Below are positions 24,840-34,055 of a stretch of DNA of 64,000 nt, piece after piece. Position numbers and translations under genes: made by a program. The notes under the pieces were generated by a model. The model ran no database searches, was not told where the DNA came from, and was given only the letters and a program-made list of their open reading frames with translations. This DNA is from Clostridiales bacterium (lineage in GTDB: Bacteria; Bacillota; Clostridia; Christensenellales; Aristaeellaceae). The stretch is from positions 16,176 through 80,175 of the forward strand of contig JAHZHX010000001.1 in assembly GCA_019420065.1 (NCBI GenBank), written 5' to 3'. Position 1 is the stretch's first letter. Each line of letters starts with the position of its first letter.

Positions 24840-25886
24840 TTATTCTGCGGCAATTTCGACGACAACCAGAATGGTGTCGCTGCTGAAATAAGCGATGTTA
24901 TCATTTTTAACCAGGCGGATTTTCCGTTTGATTTCTCCCGTCGCGCCGTTAACGTTGATGAACTGATCCGTCCCGAGGTATTCGACAAGATGCAGCTCGT
25001 TCAGGGTTGACATAAATTGATCCGTCCCCGCTACGGTCAAAAGCGAGGGCTCCGTTGTAATACGCTTGATGACATATCCGTCCGCAGGCTTTCCGGAGGT
25101 TAGATCGGTGGTGTTGACCACCAGTGTTTTGGCTTTGTACAGCGTTTGCTCAACAACCATGCTGCTCAAAAGCACTGATTCGCTGGTAACGTCAATCAGG
25201 GAACGGTCAACTTCATTGCCGTTAGCGTCAACCAGACGGAAAGGAACAGCCGTTCGTTCGGTACCCGAAACAGGCGTGAGAATGGACATGTTATAGTCGG
25301 CTACACAGCGAACAACGCTGCCTGCCAGGGATTCAGGCCCGGATATGACAACAAAGGAGGGATCGACGCGGGCGTCGCTGGCATAAAAGCCCTCCGGCGC
25401 TTCGCCGGAGACGTTCAGCCGCACAGGGATGCGGTTGATGGTCACGTATTTTTCCACCTGAACGGTGATGGTGGCCAGGCTGATTTCAGTTACCGTGCCG
25501 TAAGTGGTGGAGCTTGTGGCAATTACGTTGAGCGTTTGCTCGCCGGATTCACGGATACGGCTCAGGTCTACGCGCACATTGTAATTGGCGGCGGTGACGG
25601 AGTTGTAAACGCGCTGCGGCACATCCACCCGAATACGGACGGAGGGGAGTTCTTCCAAACCGGAAACGATGATATAGCCGTTTCTGCGCAGCGTGTCGGC
25701 GTTCAATACGTTGATCGCAACGTCGCTGAAAATTTTTTCCCGCGTGAGGGAGCCGTCCTGCGTAATCAGTCCGCTCCAAAGGCAGACGGCGATCAGAAGG
25801 GAAATCAACTTCCACTGCCAGTTGTGCGTCAGCAGAAAAAGCGCTTTTTTGCCCAACGCTTTAACGTCGATATTATTCTTTGCCAT
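24840..25886 (-). CDS. cdaR: YbbR-domain protein CdaR (diadenylate cyclase regulator)
   Basis: N-terminal TM anchor, then repeated YbbR-like beta modules (V.V...P.G...). It lies immediately downstream of cdaA and overlaps it. Confidence 0.85.
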   Translation of the reverse strand: MAKNNIDVKALGKKALFLLTHNWQWKLISLLIAVCLWSGLITQDGSLTREKIFSDVAINVLNADTLRRNGYIIVSGLEELPSVRIRVDVPQRVYNSVTAANYNVRVDLSRIRESGEQTLNVIATSSTTYGTVTEISLATITVQVEKYVTINRIPVRLNVSGEAPEGFYASDARVDPSFVVISGPESLAGSVVRCVADYNMSILTPVSGTERTAVPFRLVDANGNEVDRSLIDVTSESVLLSSMVVEQTLYKAKTLVVNTTDLTSGKPADGYVIKRITTEPSLLTVAGTDQFMSTLNELHLVEYLGTDQFINVNGATGEIKRKIRLVKNDNIAYFSSDTILVVVEIAAE

Positions 25887-26751
25887 GGCTCTTCACTCCC
25901 TTCAGCCACCCTTCGACGCGCTTGCGAACGCGCTGGAACATTGTTGCGTGCGGCTGATGATACATGGCGGACAGGATCTCGGTCAAAGCGTCGCCATCCA
26001 AATGACGAACGAGCTTGCCGCCGCGCGCCATACTGATTACGCCTGTTTCCTCGCTGACGATCAGCACGATTGCGTCCGTCGTTTCCGAGATGCCGATGGC
26101 CGCACGGTGGCGCGTACCCAGGTCGCGGGTGATGGCGTTGGACTCGCTCAATGTTGTCAGCATGCACGCGCCGGCCATAATGCGCGTGTCGCGGATGATG
26201 ACGGCGCCGTCGTGCAGAGGCGTGTTTGGCTCAAAAATGTTTTCCAGCAAGGGAGCAGAGATCGCGCTGTCGAGCAGGGTGCCGGTTTCGATCACGTCCT
26301 TCAGTCCTGTACGGCGCTCAAAGACGATCAGCGCGCCTACGCGGCGGCGGGAAAGGCTGATAAGGCACTGCGTAATCTCATTGACGATGCGGCGGTTTTC
26401 CTCGCTGTCGCCTGCGGTATGCTCAAGCTTTGCGCCGCGGCCAAGCTGCTCCAGAACGCGGCGCAATTCGGGCTGAAAAAGAATGACCAGCACTACCGCC
26501 CCGTTGCTCAGGATCAAATTGAGCACCCAGGTTAAAGCGGTCAGACCCAATACGCTGGAGAGCAGGCAAACGACAATGAGCAAAACAAGCCCCTTCATGA
26601 CCTCGCTGGCGCGCGTTTCGCGCGTGAGCATGATGAGCTGATATATCAACACGGCAACAATCAAAATATCGATAATGTCGTTCAGCTGCGGGCGATTGAA
26701 AATATTCCAAATAAACATTCTCATCTGATTCAAGAATGAAGTCAAGAGCAT
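25873..26751 (-). CDS. cdaA: Diadenylate cyclase CdaA
   Basis: Three N-terminal TM helices, then a DAC domain with GALIVFERRTGL, HDGAVIIRD (DGA) and GTRHRAAIGISE (RHR) motifs. Confidence 0.9.
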   Translation of the reverse strand: MLLTSFLNQMRMFIWNIFNRPQLNDIIDILIVAVLIYQLIMLTRETRASEVMKGLVLLIVVCLLSSVLGLTALTWVLNLILSNGAVVLVILFQPELRRVLEQLGRGAKLEHTAGDSEENRRIVNEITQCLISLSRRRVGALIVFERRTGLKDVIETGTLLDSAISAPLLENIFEPNTPLHDGAVIIRDTRIMAGACMLTTLSESNAITRDLGTRHRAAIGISETTDAIVLIVSEETGVISMARGGKLVRHLDGDALTEILSAMYHQPHATMFQRVRKRVEGWLKGVKSHGKE

Positions 26752-26979
26752 CTACCTCGCTTTCCCAGCCTACACTTATTATAACAGATTTTGAGAATTT
26801 GTTAAGAGGAAAGCAGGAAATATTGCAAAAAAGATATGTAAAATAATCATGAACGCGCTGCTAAAGCGCGGCAGGGATAGGAAATTCCGCCGTTTTATGT
26901 TATAATGCCTGCGGATGCAGAAAATGGCGCGCAGCCCGACCGCGGACGGGATTTTTTTCAAGGCAGGAGGAGTGGTAAA

Positions 26980-27795
26980 ATGGATCACGAGGGGCACAGA
27001 GCAAGGCTGCGGCAGCGTTTCCGGCATGCCGGATTGGACGCCTTTGCGCCTCATGAGACGCTGGAACTGCTGCTGACGTATGCGATCCCGCGGCGGGATA
27101 CAAAACCTATTGCCTATGCGCTGATGGATCGGTTTGGTTCGCTGCACGCGGTGCTTCAGGCAGCGCCCGAGGAGCTGATGCTTGTCGAAGGTCTGGGTGA
27201 AAACGCCGCGACGCTGATTTCACTGATGACGCCCTTGTTCCGCGCTTACCGACGCAGCGCCGAGGAGGATCAGCCGACGCTTACAAATCAGGAGCAGGCC
27301 GTTCGTTACTGCGAAAGTCTTTTTGAGGGCGAACGGTACGAAAAATTCTATGTGATCTGCCTGGACGCACGTATGCGCCGCTTAAACACCGCGCTGATCT
27401 CCACGGGCGATATCGCTGAGGTGCGCGTATACGCAAGGCATGTGCTGGCCGCGCTTACGCAATGCAACGCAATGGGGGCGATCATTGCCCATAACCATCC
27501 ATCCGGTACGGCCGCGCCCTCCGCCGAAGACGTTTTGCTGACGAACGGCATTGCGCGGCTGCTGGACGGCGTGGGTATCCGGCTGTATGACCATATGATC
27601 GTTTCCACAGACGCTACCTTCAGCTTTCGCCGCGGCGGGCTGCTTACGGCGGAGGAAGGGACGGTCGCGCGGGCGGCGCAGCAGTTCGAAAGCATTCTGC
27701 CGGCAGCGCGGGAGGAAATCCTTCGCGCCGGGATGACAAACAGGAGGAAAAAAGAAAGTGCGGAGTTCGAAAAGGAAGATGCCGATGCTGATTAG
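26980..27795 (+). CDS. radC: RadC-family JAB domain protein
   Basis: N-terminal HhH region (GHRARLRQRF...LELLLTY...LMDRFGSL..VLQA...EL..VEGLG) and a JAB motif HNHPSGTAAPSAEDV (27490-27531). AGGAGGAG RBS. An unusual ~45-aa charged C-terminal tail. Confidence 0.85.
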   Translation: MDHEGHRARLRQRFRHAGLDAFAPHETLELLLTYAIPRRDTKPIAYALMDRFGSLHAVLQAAPEELMLVEGLGENAATLISLMTPLFRAYRRSAEEDQPTLTNQEQAVRYCESLFEGERYEKFYVICLDARMRRLNTALISTGDIAEVRVYARHVLAALTQCNAMGAIIAHNHPSGTAAPSAEDVLLTNGIARLLDGVGIRLYDHMIVSTDATFSFRRGGLLTAEEGTVARAAQQFESILPAAREEILRAGMTNRRKKESAEFEKEDADAD

Positions 27796-28369
27796 GCTTT
27801 TTTTGAGCGCGCTTGGCGCTGGGATGCTGGCGTGGGTTGCGCTGGTGATTTTTGTGTGCGTGAAAGAATATACCGTTCCCGCTCCGGATGCGCAAACGGA
27901 CGCCATCATTGTGCTGGGCGCGCAGGTCAAGGAGAACGGCGAATTGAGCGTGCAGCTGCAGCACCGGGTGGAAAAGGCGCTTGAAATCTATCGCAGTCAT
28001 CCGCAGCGGATTGTGGTATGCGGCGCGCAGGGCAGCAACGAGCCGGTAAGCGAGGCGCAGGCGATGCGCGACTATCTGGTTGCCCATGGCGTGCCGGAGG
28101 AGGAGATATTGATGGAGGCTGCCTCGTTCAACACGCGGCAGAACCTTGAAAATGCGAAAAAGCTCCTGCCTGCGGACACGAAAAAGGTACTAATCGTGAC
28201 CAGCGACTATCATTTGCCGCGCGCGATGGCGATTGCGGCGGACGCCGGGTTTGAACCAAGCGGCGTAGGCAGCCCGATCAAGCTGATTTACTGGCCCAAG
28301 AACCATTTCCGCGAAGCGCTGGCATGGGTAAAGTACGCCATGCAGCGCTGGGGCATTATGCCTTCTTAA
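27779..28369 (+). CDS. YdcF/SanA/ElyC (DUF218) family protein
   Basis: TM anchor, then AIIVLGAQV...QLQHRVEKALEIY...IVVCGAQG...SEAQAMRDYL...GVPEE.I..E..S.NT.QN...LIVTSDYHLPRA. Start uncertain (27758 GTG, 27779 or 27785 ATG). Confidence 0.8.
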   Translation: MPMLIRLFLSALGAGMLAWVALVIFVCVKEYTVPAPDAQTDAIIVLGAQVKENGELSVQLQHRVEKALEIYRSHPQRIVVCGAQGSNEPVSEAQAMRDYLVAHGVPEEEILMEAASFNTRQNLENAKKLLPADTKKVLIVTSDYHLPRAMAIAADAGFEPSGVGSPIKLIYWPKNHFREALAWVKYAMQRWGIMPS

Positions 28370-28386
28370 AAAAATGAGGTGAAAAA

Positions 28387-29136
28387 ATGGATTATCAGGA
28401 ATTGAACGCGCGGACGATTGACCGCTGGATTGAGGAAGGATGGGAGTGGGGAAAGCCCATCACCCATGAGATGTATGCGCAGGCGCTGCGCGGCCGCTGG
28501 GATGTGCTGCTGACCCCGACGCGTTTTGTTCCGCACGAATGGTTTGGCGAGCTGCGCGGCAAGCGCTTGCTTGGGCTGGCCAGCGGCGGCGGGCAGCAGA
28601 TCCCTGTTTTCAGCGCGCTGGGGGCGGCATGCACGGTACTGGACTATTCTCCAAAACAGCTGGAAAGCGAACGAATGGTTGCCGGGCGCGAAGGATACAA
28701 GGTCGAGATCGTACATGCCGACATGACGAAGCCTTTGCCTTTCGCGGACGAAACGTTTGATCTTATTTTTCATCCGGTTTCCAACTGCTATGTACGGGAA
28801 GTGAAGCCCATTTTCCGTGAATGCGCCCGGGTATTGAAAAAAGGGGGCGTTCTGCTGTGCGGCCTGGATAACGGAATCAATTTTCTGGTGGACGACGATG
28901 AAAAAACGATCGTCAACGCCCTTCCCTTTGATCCCTTGCGTAATCCGGAGCAGATGAAGCAGCTTGAGGATACGGACTGCGGCGTACAGTTTTCACATAC
29001 GCTTGAGGAGCAGCTGGGCGGGCAGCTGGAGGCGGGACTTGTGCTGACGGATCTTTATGAGGACACAAACGGCGGCGGGTATCTGCATGAAAAGCATATC
29101 CCTACCTTTATCGCGACGCGCGCGGTCAAAAAATAA
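28387..29136 (+). CDS. Class I SAM-dependent methyltransferase
   Basis: Motif I LLGLASGGGQQ, acidic loop VLDYS, and post-I/II pattern ADMTKPLPFADETFDLIFHP. Confidence 0.8.
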   Translation: MDYQELNARTIDRWIEEGWEWGKPITHEMYAQALRGRWDVLLTPTRFVPHEWFGELRGKRLLGLASGGGQQIPVFSALGAACTVLDYSPKQLESERMVAGREGYKVEIVHADMTKPLPFADETFDLIFHPVSNCYVREVKPIFRECARVLKKGGVLLCGLDNGINFLVDDDEKTIVNALPFDPLRNPEQMKQLEDTDCGVQFSHTLEEQLGGQLEAGLVLTDLYEDTNGGGYLHEKHIPTFIATRAVKK

Positions 29137-29172
29137 GGGACGAAGGCCAAAGGGCTTTCGTCCGGGATATGG

Positions 29173-30147
29173 TCAAGGACTGATTTCCATGCATAAGGGC
29201 TGCTCCAGGAAGGGCAAACGTTCCTCAGGTTTTCCCAGCACCCACATGAGTTTGGCTACGGCAGCTTCGCTTGTCATGTCGCGGCCGCTGTGAATGTTTC
29301 CGCCCGTAACGTCGCGCCCTACCTCATAGATGGAAAAATCGGCTTTTTCATACATGCACTGCGTCGTGACAAGGATGATAATGCCCTGCGCGGCAAGCTC
29401 GCGCAGCGTGCCGACAAGATTGCGGCGAATGTAGTGCAGGCCGCCCAGACCAAACGCCTCGACGACAAGCCCCTTACAGCCTGTGGCGGCGATATGGCGC
29501 AAAATGTCGGGGGAGGTGCCGGGAATCAGCTTGAGCAAAAAAACGCGCGGGTCAATGCTGTCGCCATAGACGGCTGCGGGCAGAACGGGCTTTGACAGCA
29601 TGGTGGAAAAATGCAGGCCCGATGCGTCGGCTTCGCCGCAGAGCGGCGCATTTACGCTGTCAAACGCGTCGTAGGAGGTGGTGCGCATCTTCACGGCGCG
29701 GGTTCCGGCGATGATCTTGTGATGAAAACAGACATATACGCCGCGCGTTGCCGTGCGCGCCGCTTCAGCCGCTTCCAGAAGATTGTTGCGCGCGTCGGTG
29801 ATACTGTGCAGCAGCGGCAGCTGCGAGCCGGTGAGGATGACGGGCTTTTGCAGGTCCATCAGCATGAAGGACAGCGCCGCGGCCGTATACGCCATCGTAT
29901 CGGTCCCATGGGTGATGATGCAGCCATCCGACGTTTTGAGCGCTTCTCGCACGGCGAGGGAAAGCGCGCGCCACTCTTCGGGCTGGATGTTGCTTGAATC
30001 CATCTGGAAAACGTCCGTTCCGGTGCAGTTTTCGATGGGGCAGAGGCGGAGAATATCCCGCGCGGTCAGAGCAGGGGCAAGGCCGCGCTCGCCGGGAACG
30101 CTGGCGATCGTTCCGCCTGTTGCCAGCAGGGTCAGGTGCTTAGACAT
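29173..30147 (-). CDS. ansA: Type I L-asparaginase
   Basis: LLATGGTIAS (catalytic Thr), ITHGTDTMAYTA, and GLVVEAFGLGG patterns. Confidence 0.9.
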   Translation of the reverse strand: MSKHLTLLATGGTIASVPGERGLAPALTARDILRLCPIENCTGTDVFQMDSSNIQPEEWRALSLAVREALKTSDGCIITHGTDTMAYTAAALSFMLMDLQKPVILTGSQLPLLHSITDARNNLLEAAEAARTATRGVYVCFHHKIIAGTRAVKMRTTSYDAFDSVNAPLCGEADASGLHFSTMLSKPVLPAAVYGDSIDPRVFLLKLIPGTSPDILRHIAATGCKGLVVEAFGLGGLHYIRRNLVGTLRELAAQGIIILVTTQCMYEKADFSIYEVGRDVTGGNIHSGRDMTSEAAVAKLMWVLGKPEERLPFLEQPLCMEISP

Positions 30148-30286
30148 GCTTTAGCGTCCTTTCGCAAGAATAATGCCATTATACCATATCCCGGCAAAAA
30201 TGAAAACGGGGCGCGTCCAAGGGCAGCGGAACGGAATAAATGTTGAATTTTTCTCAAAAAGTAGCGAATTATCGCGTGATAAAGTG

Positions 30287-30315
30287 TTGACAAACTTTGT
30301 CCGGCTTACTATAAT
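30287..30315 (+). promoter_or_regulatory. Sigma-A promoter of yceD-rpmF
   Basis: TTGACA (30287-30292), 17 nt, TATAAT (30310-30315). Confidence 0.55.
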
Positions 30316-30343
30316 AGTGCTGTTCACGATTGGAGGGATTGGC

Positions 30344-30865
30344 TTGCTGCTGGATGTTTCGCGCGCTATGCGTATGCCGGGCGAGTCCTTTGCCTTCATT
30401 CATCATGAGCGCATCGCGCCGCAGGACATATGCGGCGAGCAAGTGACGTTCGATGAACCGGTGGTTCTCGAAGGCCGCTTTTCCATGTCCGGCGTTGATC
30501 TCTCGCTTGACGGCACGCTTACGGCCACGGCCCACTCCCGCTGCTGTAATTGCCTTGAGATGGCCACTGTGAATCTGAAGGTTCCTTTTCATGAAGTTTT
30601 CACAAGGGTCGATCGCATGACGTCCGAGGCGGAAGACGATCCGGAACGTTTGGTGTTTACCGGCTCCAAGGTGGAACTGGAGCACTTGACGCTGATGCTG
30701 GCGCTGCTGGAGCTGCCTATTCGCATTCTGTGCAAACCGGACTGCGAGGGTTACCGGTATATGGCGCCGCAGTACACGGAAAAACGGGAAGAGACGCAAA
30801 ATGCGCGTCCCTTTTCAGTGCTGCAACAATTGTTGACTAAGGATCAGAAGGATCAGGAGGTATAA
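30344..30865 (+). CDS. yceD: YceD (DUF177) family protein
   Basis: It lies directly upstream of rpmF, which is conserved synteny. C-terminal CKPDCEG motif. TTG start at 30344 is 8 nt after GGAGGG; the track ORF extends to 30173. Confidence 0.8.
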   Translation: MLLDVSRAMRMPGESFAFIHHERIAPQDICGEQVTFDEPVVLEGRFSMSGVDLSLDGTLTATAHSRCCNCLEMATVNLKVPFHEVFTRVDRMTSEAEDDPERLVFTGSKVELEHLTLMLALLELPIRILCKPDCEGYRYMAPQYTEKREETQNARPFSVLQQLLTKDQKDQEV

Positions 30866-30868
30866 ATC

Positions 30869-31054
30869 ATGGCTCTTCCTAAGGGAAAAATTTCCAAAGC
30901 TCGTAAGCACAGCCGCCGCGCGAATTGGAAGCTCACGCTTCCGGCGATTGTCACCTGCCCCCAGTGCCACAAGAAAATGCTGGCGCACCGTGTCTGCAAG
31001 AATTGCGGCTACTACAAGGGCGTTGCCGTTGTCGCGCAGGGCGAGCAACAGTAA
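30869..31054 (+). CDS. rpmF: 50S ribosomal protein L32
   Basis: MALPKGKISKARKHSRRANWKL...CPQCHKKMLAHRVCKNCGYYKG contains the zinc-ribbon form of L32. Confidence 0.95.
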   Translation: MALPKGKISKARKHSRRANWKLTLPAIVTCPQCHKKMLAHRVCKNCGYYKGVAVVAQGEQQ

Positions 31055-31059
31055 AATCA

Positions 31060-31306
31060 ATTTCTGTTTTCCCTGAGAGGAAGAGGAGTACGCGCAGGCT
31101 GTCATCAGAGAGGGCGGTTCGTCGGCTGCAAGGCTGCCCGGACAAAGCGCGCGCGGAAGGTCGCTTCGGAGGGGGAGGGGTGAAGCAAGTAGCCCGTCCG
31201 TTTGGCGCGCGTTATTGCGCCGTGAGGCGGCGCATGTCTGCGCCGTAAAGCAAGGTGGTACCACGGGTCGCTCCGTCCATGCAAGATGGATGGGGCGGCT
31301 TTTGTT
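31060..31306 (+). promoter_or_regulatory. T-box riboswitch leader (valine specifier) of valS
   Basis: Stem I elements TGAGAGGAAGAGGAGTA (GA/K-turn), AGAGAG and the distal loop GGCTGCAAG. Candidate specifier GUC at 31160-31162 (GAAG-GTC-G). T-box sequence AAAGCAAGGTGGTACCACGGG (31246-31266). Terminator stem cgctccgtccat/atggatggggcg (31268-31296) followed by GCTTTTGTTT. Confidence 0.85.
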
Positions 31307-31327
31307 TATGCAGAAAGGAGCATTTCC

Positions 31328-33970
31328 ATGAGCAAGGAATTCACCATGGAAAAACAGTATAATCCGCAGGCGATTGAAACGCAAACTTACGAGCGCTGGG
31401 AAAAAAGCGGCGCTTTCAAGGCGCATTATGTGGAGGGCAAAAAGCCTTTCACCATTGTGATGCCGCCGCCCAACATTACCGGCCAGCTGCATATGGGTCA
31501 TGCCATGGACGCGACGCTTCAGGATGCGCTGACTCGCTATCACCGCATGAAGGGCGATCCGACCTTGTGGCTGCCCGGGACGGACCATGCTTCCATCGCG
31601 ACCGAAGTGAAGGTCGTGGAAAAGCTGGCCAAGGAAGGAATACATAAGCAGGATATTGGCCGCGAGGCGTTTTTGGAGCATGCATGGGCGTGGAAAAAGG
31701 AATATGGCGGCCGTATTACGCGCCAGCTTCGCCGCATGGGCGCCAGCTGCGACTGGTCGCGCGAGCGCTTTACCATGGATGAAGGCTGTTCCCGAGCGGT
31801 GCGCGAGGTGTTTGTGCGCCTGTACGACAAGGGTCTGATCTATCGCGGCAACCGCATCATCAACTGGTGCCCGACCTGTAAAACGGCCCTGAGCGATGCC
31901 GAGGTGGAGTTTGAGGAGCAGGCCTCCCATCTGTGGCACATCCGCTACCGCGCAGCGGACGGCGGCGAAGGCGTGGTGGTGGCCACCACCCGTCCGGAGA
32001 CAATGCTGGGCGACACTGGCGTGGCCGTGAACCCCAACGACCCGCGTTACCAGGAGCTGATCGGCAAAAAGCTGATTCTGCCGCTGGTGAACCGGGAAAT
32101 TCCCGTGGTGGCGGACGAGTATGTGGATTTGGAATTCGGTACCGGCGCGGTGAAGATGACTCCTGCGCATGACCCCAACGACTTTGAGGTGGCGCAGCGT
32201 CATGATCTGGAAGTGCTGCGCGTAATGAATGATGACGGCACGATGAACGAGCTGGCCGGCAAATATGCGGGTATGAAAGCGCTTGAGTGCCGCAAAGCGG
32301 TTGTGGCGGATCTCGAAGCGCTGGGCGCGCTGGTGAAAATCGAAGATTATGCCCATAACGTGGGTACCTGCTATCGCTGCCATACAACCGTTGAACCGCT
32401 GGTCAGCACGCAGTGGTTTGTGAAGATGCAGCCGCTGGCGGAGCCGGCCATTGCTGCGGTACGCGAGGGAAAAACCAGGTTTGTTCCTGAGCGTTTCAGC
32501 AAAACGTATTTTAACTGGATGGAGAACATCCGCGATTGGTGCATCAGCCGTCAGCTGTGGTGGGGGCACCGCATCCCGGCCTGGTATTGCCAGGAGTGCG
32601 GCGAGGTGATCGTCTCCCGCGAGGATCCCACGGTATGTCCCAAGTGCGGCAAGGCGCATCTCAAGCAGGATGAAGATGTGCTCGACACCTGGTTTTCCTC
32701 TGCGCTGTGGCCCTTCTCCACGCTGGGCTGGCCGGATAATACCGAGGATCTCAAGCACTTCTATCCTACCAGTACGCTGGTAACAGGCTATGACATTATC
32801 TTCTTCTGGGTAGCGCGCATGATTTTCAGCGGCATTGAAAACATGGGCGAGGTTCCTTTTGATACGGTGCTGATTCATGGCCTTGTGCGCGACGAACAGG
32901 GGCGCAAGATGAGCAAGTCCCTGGGCAATGGCATTGATCCGCTGGAAGTGGTCGATCAGTATGGCGCGGACGCGCTGCGTTTCTCGCTGTGCATGGGCAT
33001 CAGCCCGGGTAACGATACGCGCTATTCGACCACGAAGCTGGAATCCGCGCGCAACTTTGCAAACAAGGTATGGAATGCCAGCCGCTTTGTGCTGATGAAC
33101 CTGGATGGCGAGGAGAAGCTTGACGGCAAAAAGCTGGAGCTGGCCGACCAGTGGATCCTCAGCCGCTATCATGAATGCGCGCAGGAGGTGACCGCGCACT
33201 TTGACGAGTGCGAATTCGGCCTGGCAGCGCAGAAAATATATGACTTTGCCTGGAGCGAGTTCTGCGACTGGTATATTGAGCTGGCCAAGGGCGGACTGCT
33301 GGGCGATGATGCGCAGCGGAAGGCCGCGGTGCGCGCGGTGCTGAGCACGGTACTTTCCGGTTTGCTTAAAATGCTGCATCCCTTTATGCCTTTCCTGACC
33401 GAAACGGTGTACGGCTTCCTGCCCGGCTGCGAGGATGCTTCCTGCATGCTGGCTGCCTGGCCGTTGGCGGAAGAAATTCCCGTTTATCCTGAGGAAGAGG
33501 CACGCATGAACGGCATTATGGATATCATCCGCGCCGTTCGCAATCTGCGCGCGGAAATGAACGTGCAGGCCGGTCATAAAGCGCGCCTGATGGTGCGGCC
33601 GGCGGACGGGTGGAAAGATGCGGTAGCCGGCGCGGAGACCTTCTTCCGCCGTATGGCCAATGCATCTGAGCTGGAAATCCTGGAAAAGGAACAAACCGTT
33701 GCGGAAAAGACGGTAGGCGCAGTCACGGTTGCAGGCGAAATCCTGATTCCGCTGGGCGATCTGGTCGATATTGAAAAAGAGATTGCCCGTCTGAACAAGG
33801 AGCGTGACAACCTGAACAAAGAGATCGCCCGCGCACAGGGCAAGCTGAATAACGAGGGCTTCCTGAAGAAAGCGCCAGAGGCGCTGGTACAGGCGGAGCG
33901 CGAGAAGCTGGCCGCTAATGAGAAAATGCTCTCTTCGCTTGAGACGCGTATCGACGAATTGAAAAAGTAA
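31328..33970 (+). CDS. valS: Valine--tRNA ligase
   Basis: PPPNITGQLHMGHA (HIGH), KMSKSLGN (KMSKS), CP1 editing domain, and a C-terminal coiled coil (EIARLNKERDNLNKEIARAQGKLNNEGF). AAAGGAG RBS before the ATG at 31328. Confidence 0.95.
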   Translation: MSKEFTMEKQYNPQAIETQTYERWEKSGAFKAHYVEGKKPFTIVMPPPNITGQLHMGHAMDATLQDALTRYHRMKGDPTLWLPGTDHASIATEVKVVEKLAKEGIHKQDIGREAFLEHAWAWKKEYGGRITRQLRRMGASCDWSRERFTMDEGCSRAVREVFVRLYDKGLIYRGNRIINWCPTCKTALSDAEVEFEEQASHLWHIRYRAADGGEGVVVATTRPETMLGDTGVAVNPNDPRYQELIGKKLILPLVNREIPVVADEYVDLEFGTGAVKMTPAHDPNDFEVAQRHDLEVLRVMNDDGTMNELAGKYAGMKALECRKAVVADLEALGALVKIEDYAHNVGTCYRCHTTVEPLVSTQWFVKMQPLAEPAIAAVREGKTRFVPERFSKTYFNWMENIRDWCISRQLWWGHRIPAWYCQECGEVIVSREDPTVCPKCGKAHLKQDEDVLDTWFSSALWPFSTLGWPDNTEDLKHFYPTSTLVTGYDIIFFWVARMIFSGIENMGEVPFDTVLIHGLVRDEQGRKMSKSLGNGIDPLEVVDQYGADALRFSLCMGISPGNDTRYSTTKLESARNFANKVWNASRFVLMNLDGEEKLDGKKLELADQWILSRYHECAQEVTAHFDECEFGLAAQKIYDFAWSEFCDWYIELAKGGLLGDDAQRKAAVRAVLSTVLSGLLKMLHPFMPFLTETVYGFLPGCEDASCMLAAWPLAEEIPVYPEEEARMNGIMDIIRAVRNLRAEMNVQAGHKARLMVRPADGWKDAVAGAETFFRRMANASELEILEKEQTVAEKTVGAVTVAGEILIPLGDLVDIEKEIARLNKERDNLNKEIARAQGKLNNEGFLKKAPEALVQAEREKLAANEKMLSSLETRIDELKK

Positions 33971-33979
33971 AGGCAGCGG

Positions 33980-34030
33980 CGCCTGATGCCCCTTCCACCT
34001 GGATGCATGAAGGGGCGTCAGGCGGTTTTG
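33980..34030 (+). terminator. Intrinsic terminator after valS
   Basis: 16-bp stem cgcctgatgccccttc/gaaggggcgtcaggcg followed by GTTTTG. Confidence 0.65.
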
Positions 34031-34055
34031 CCAAAAGGAAAAAGGAGAAAACAGC

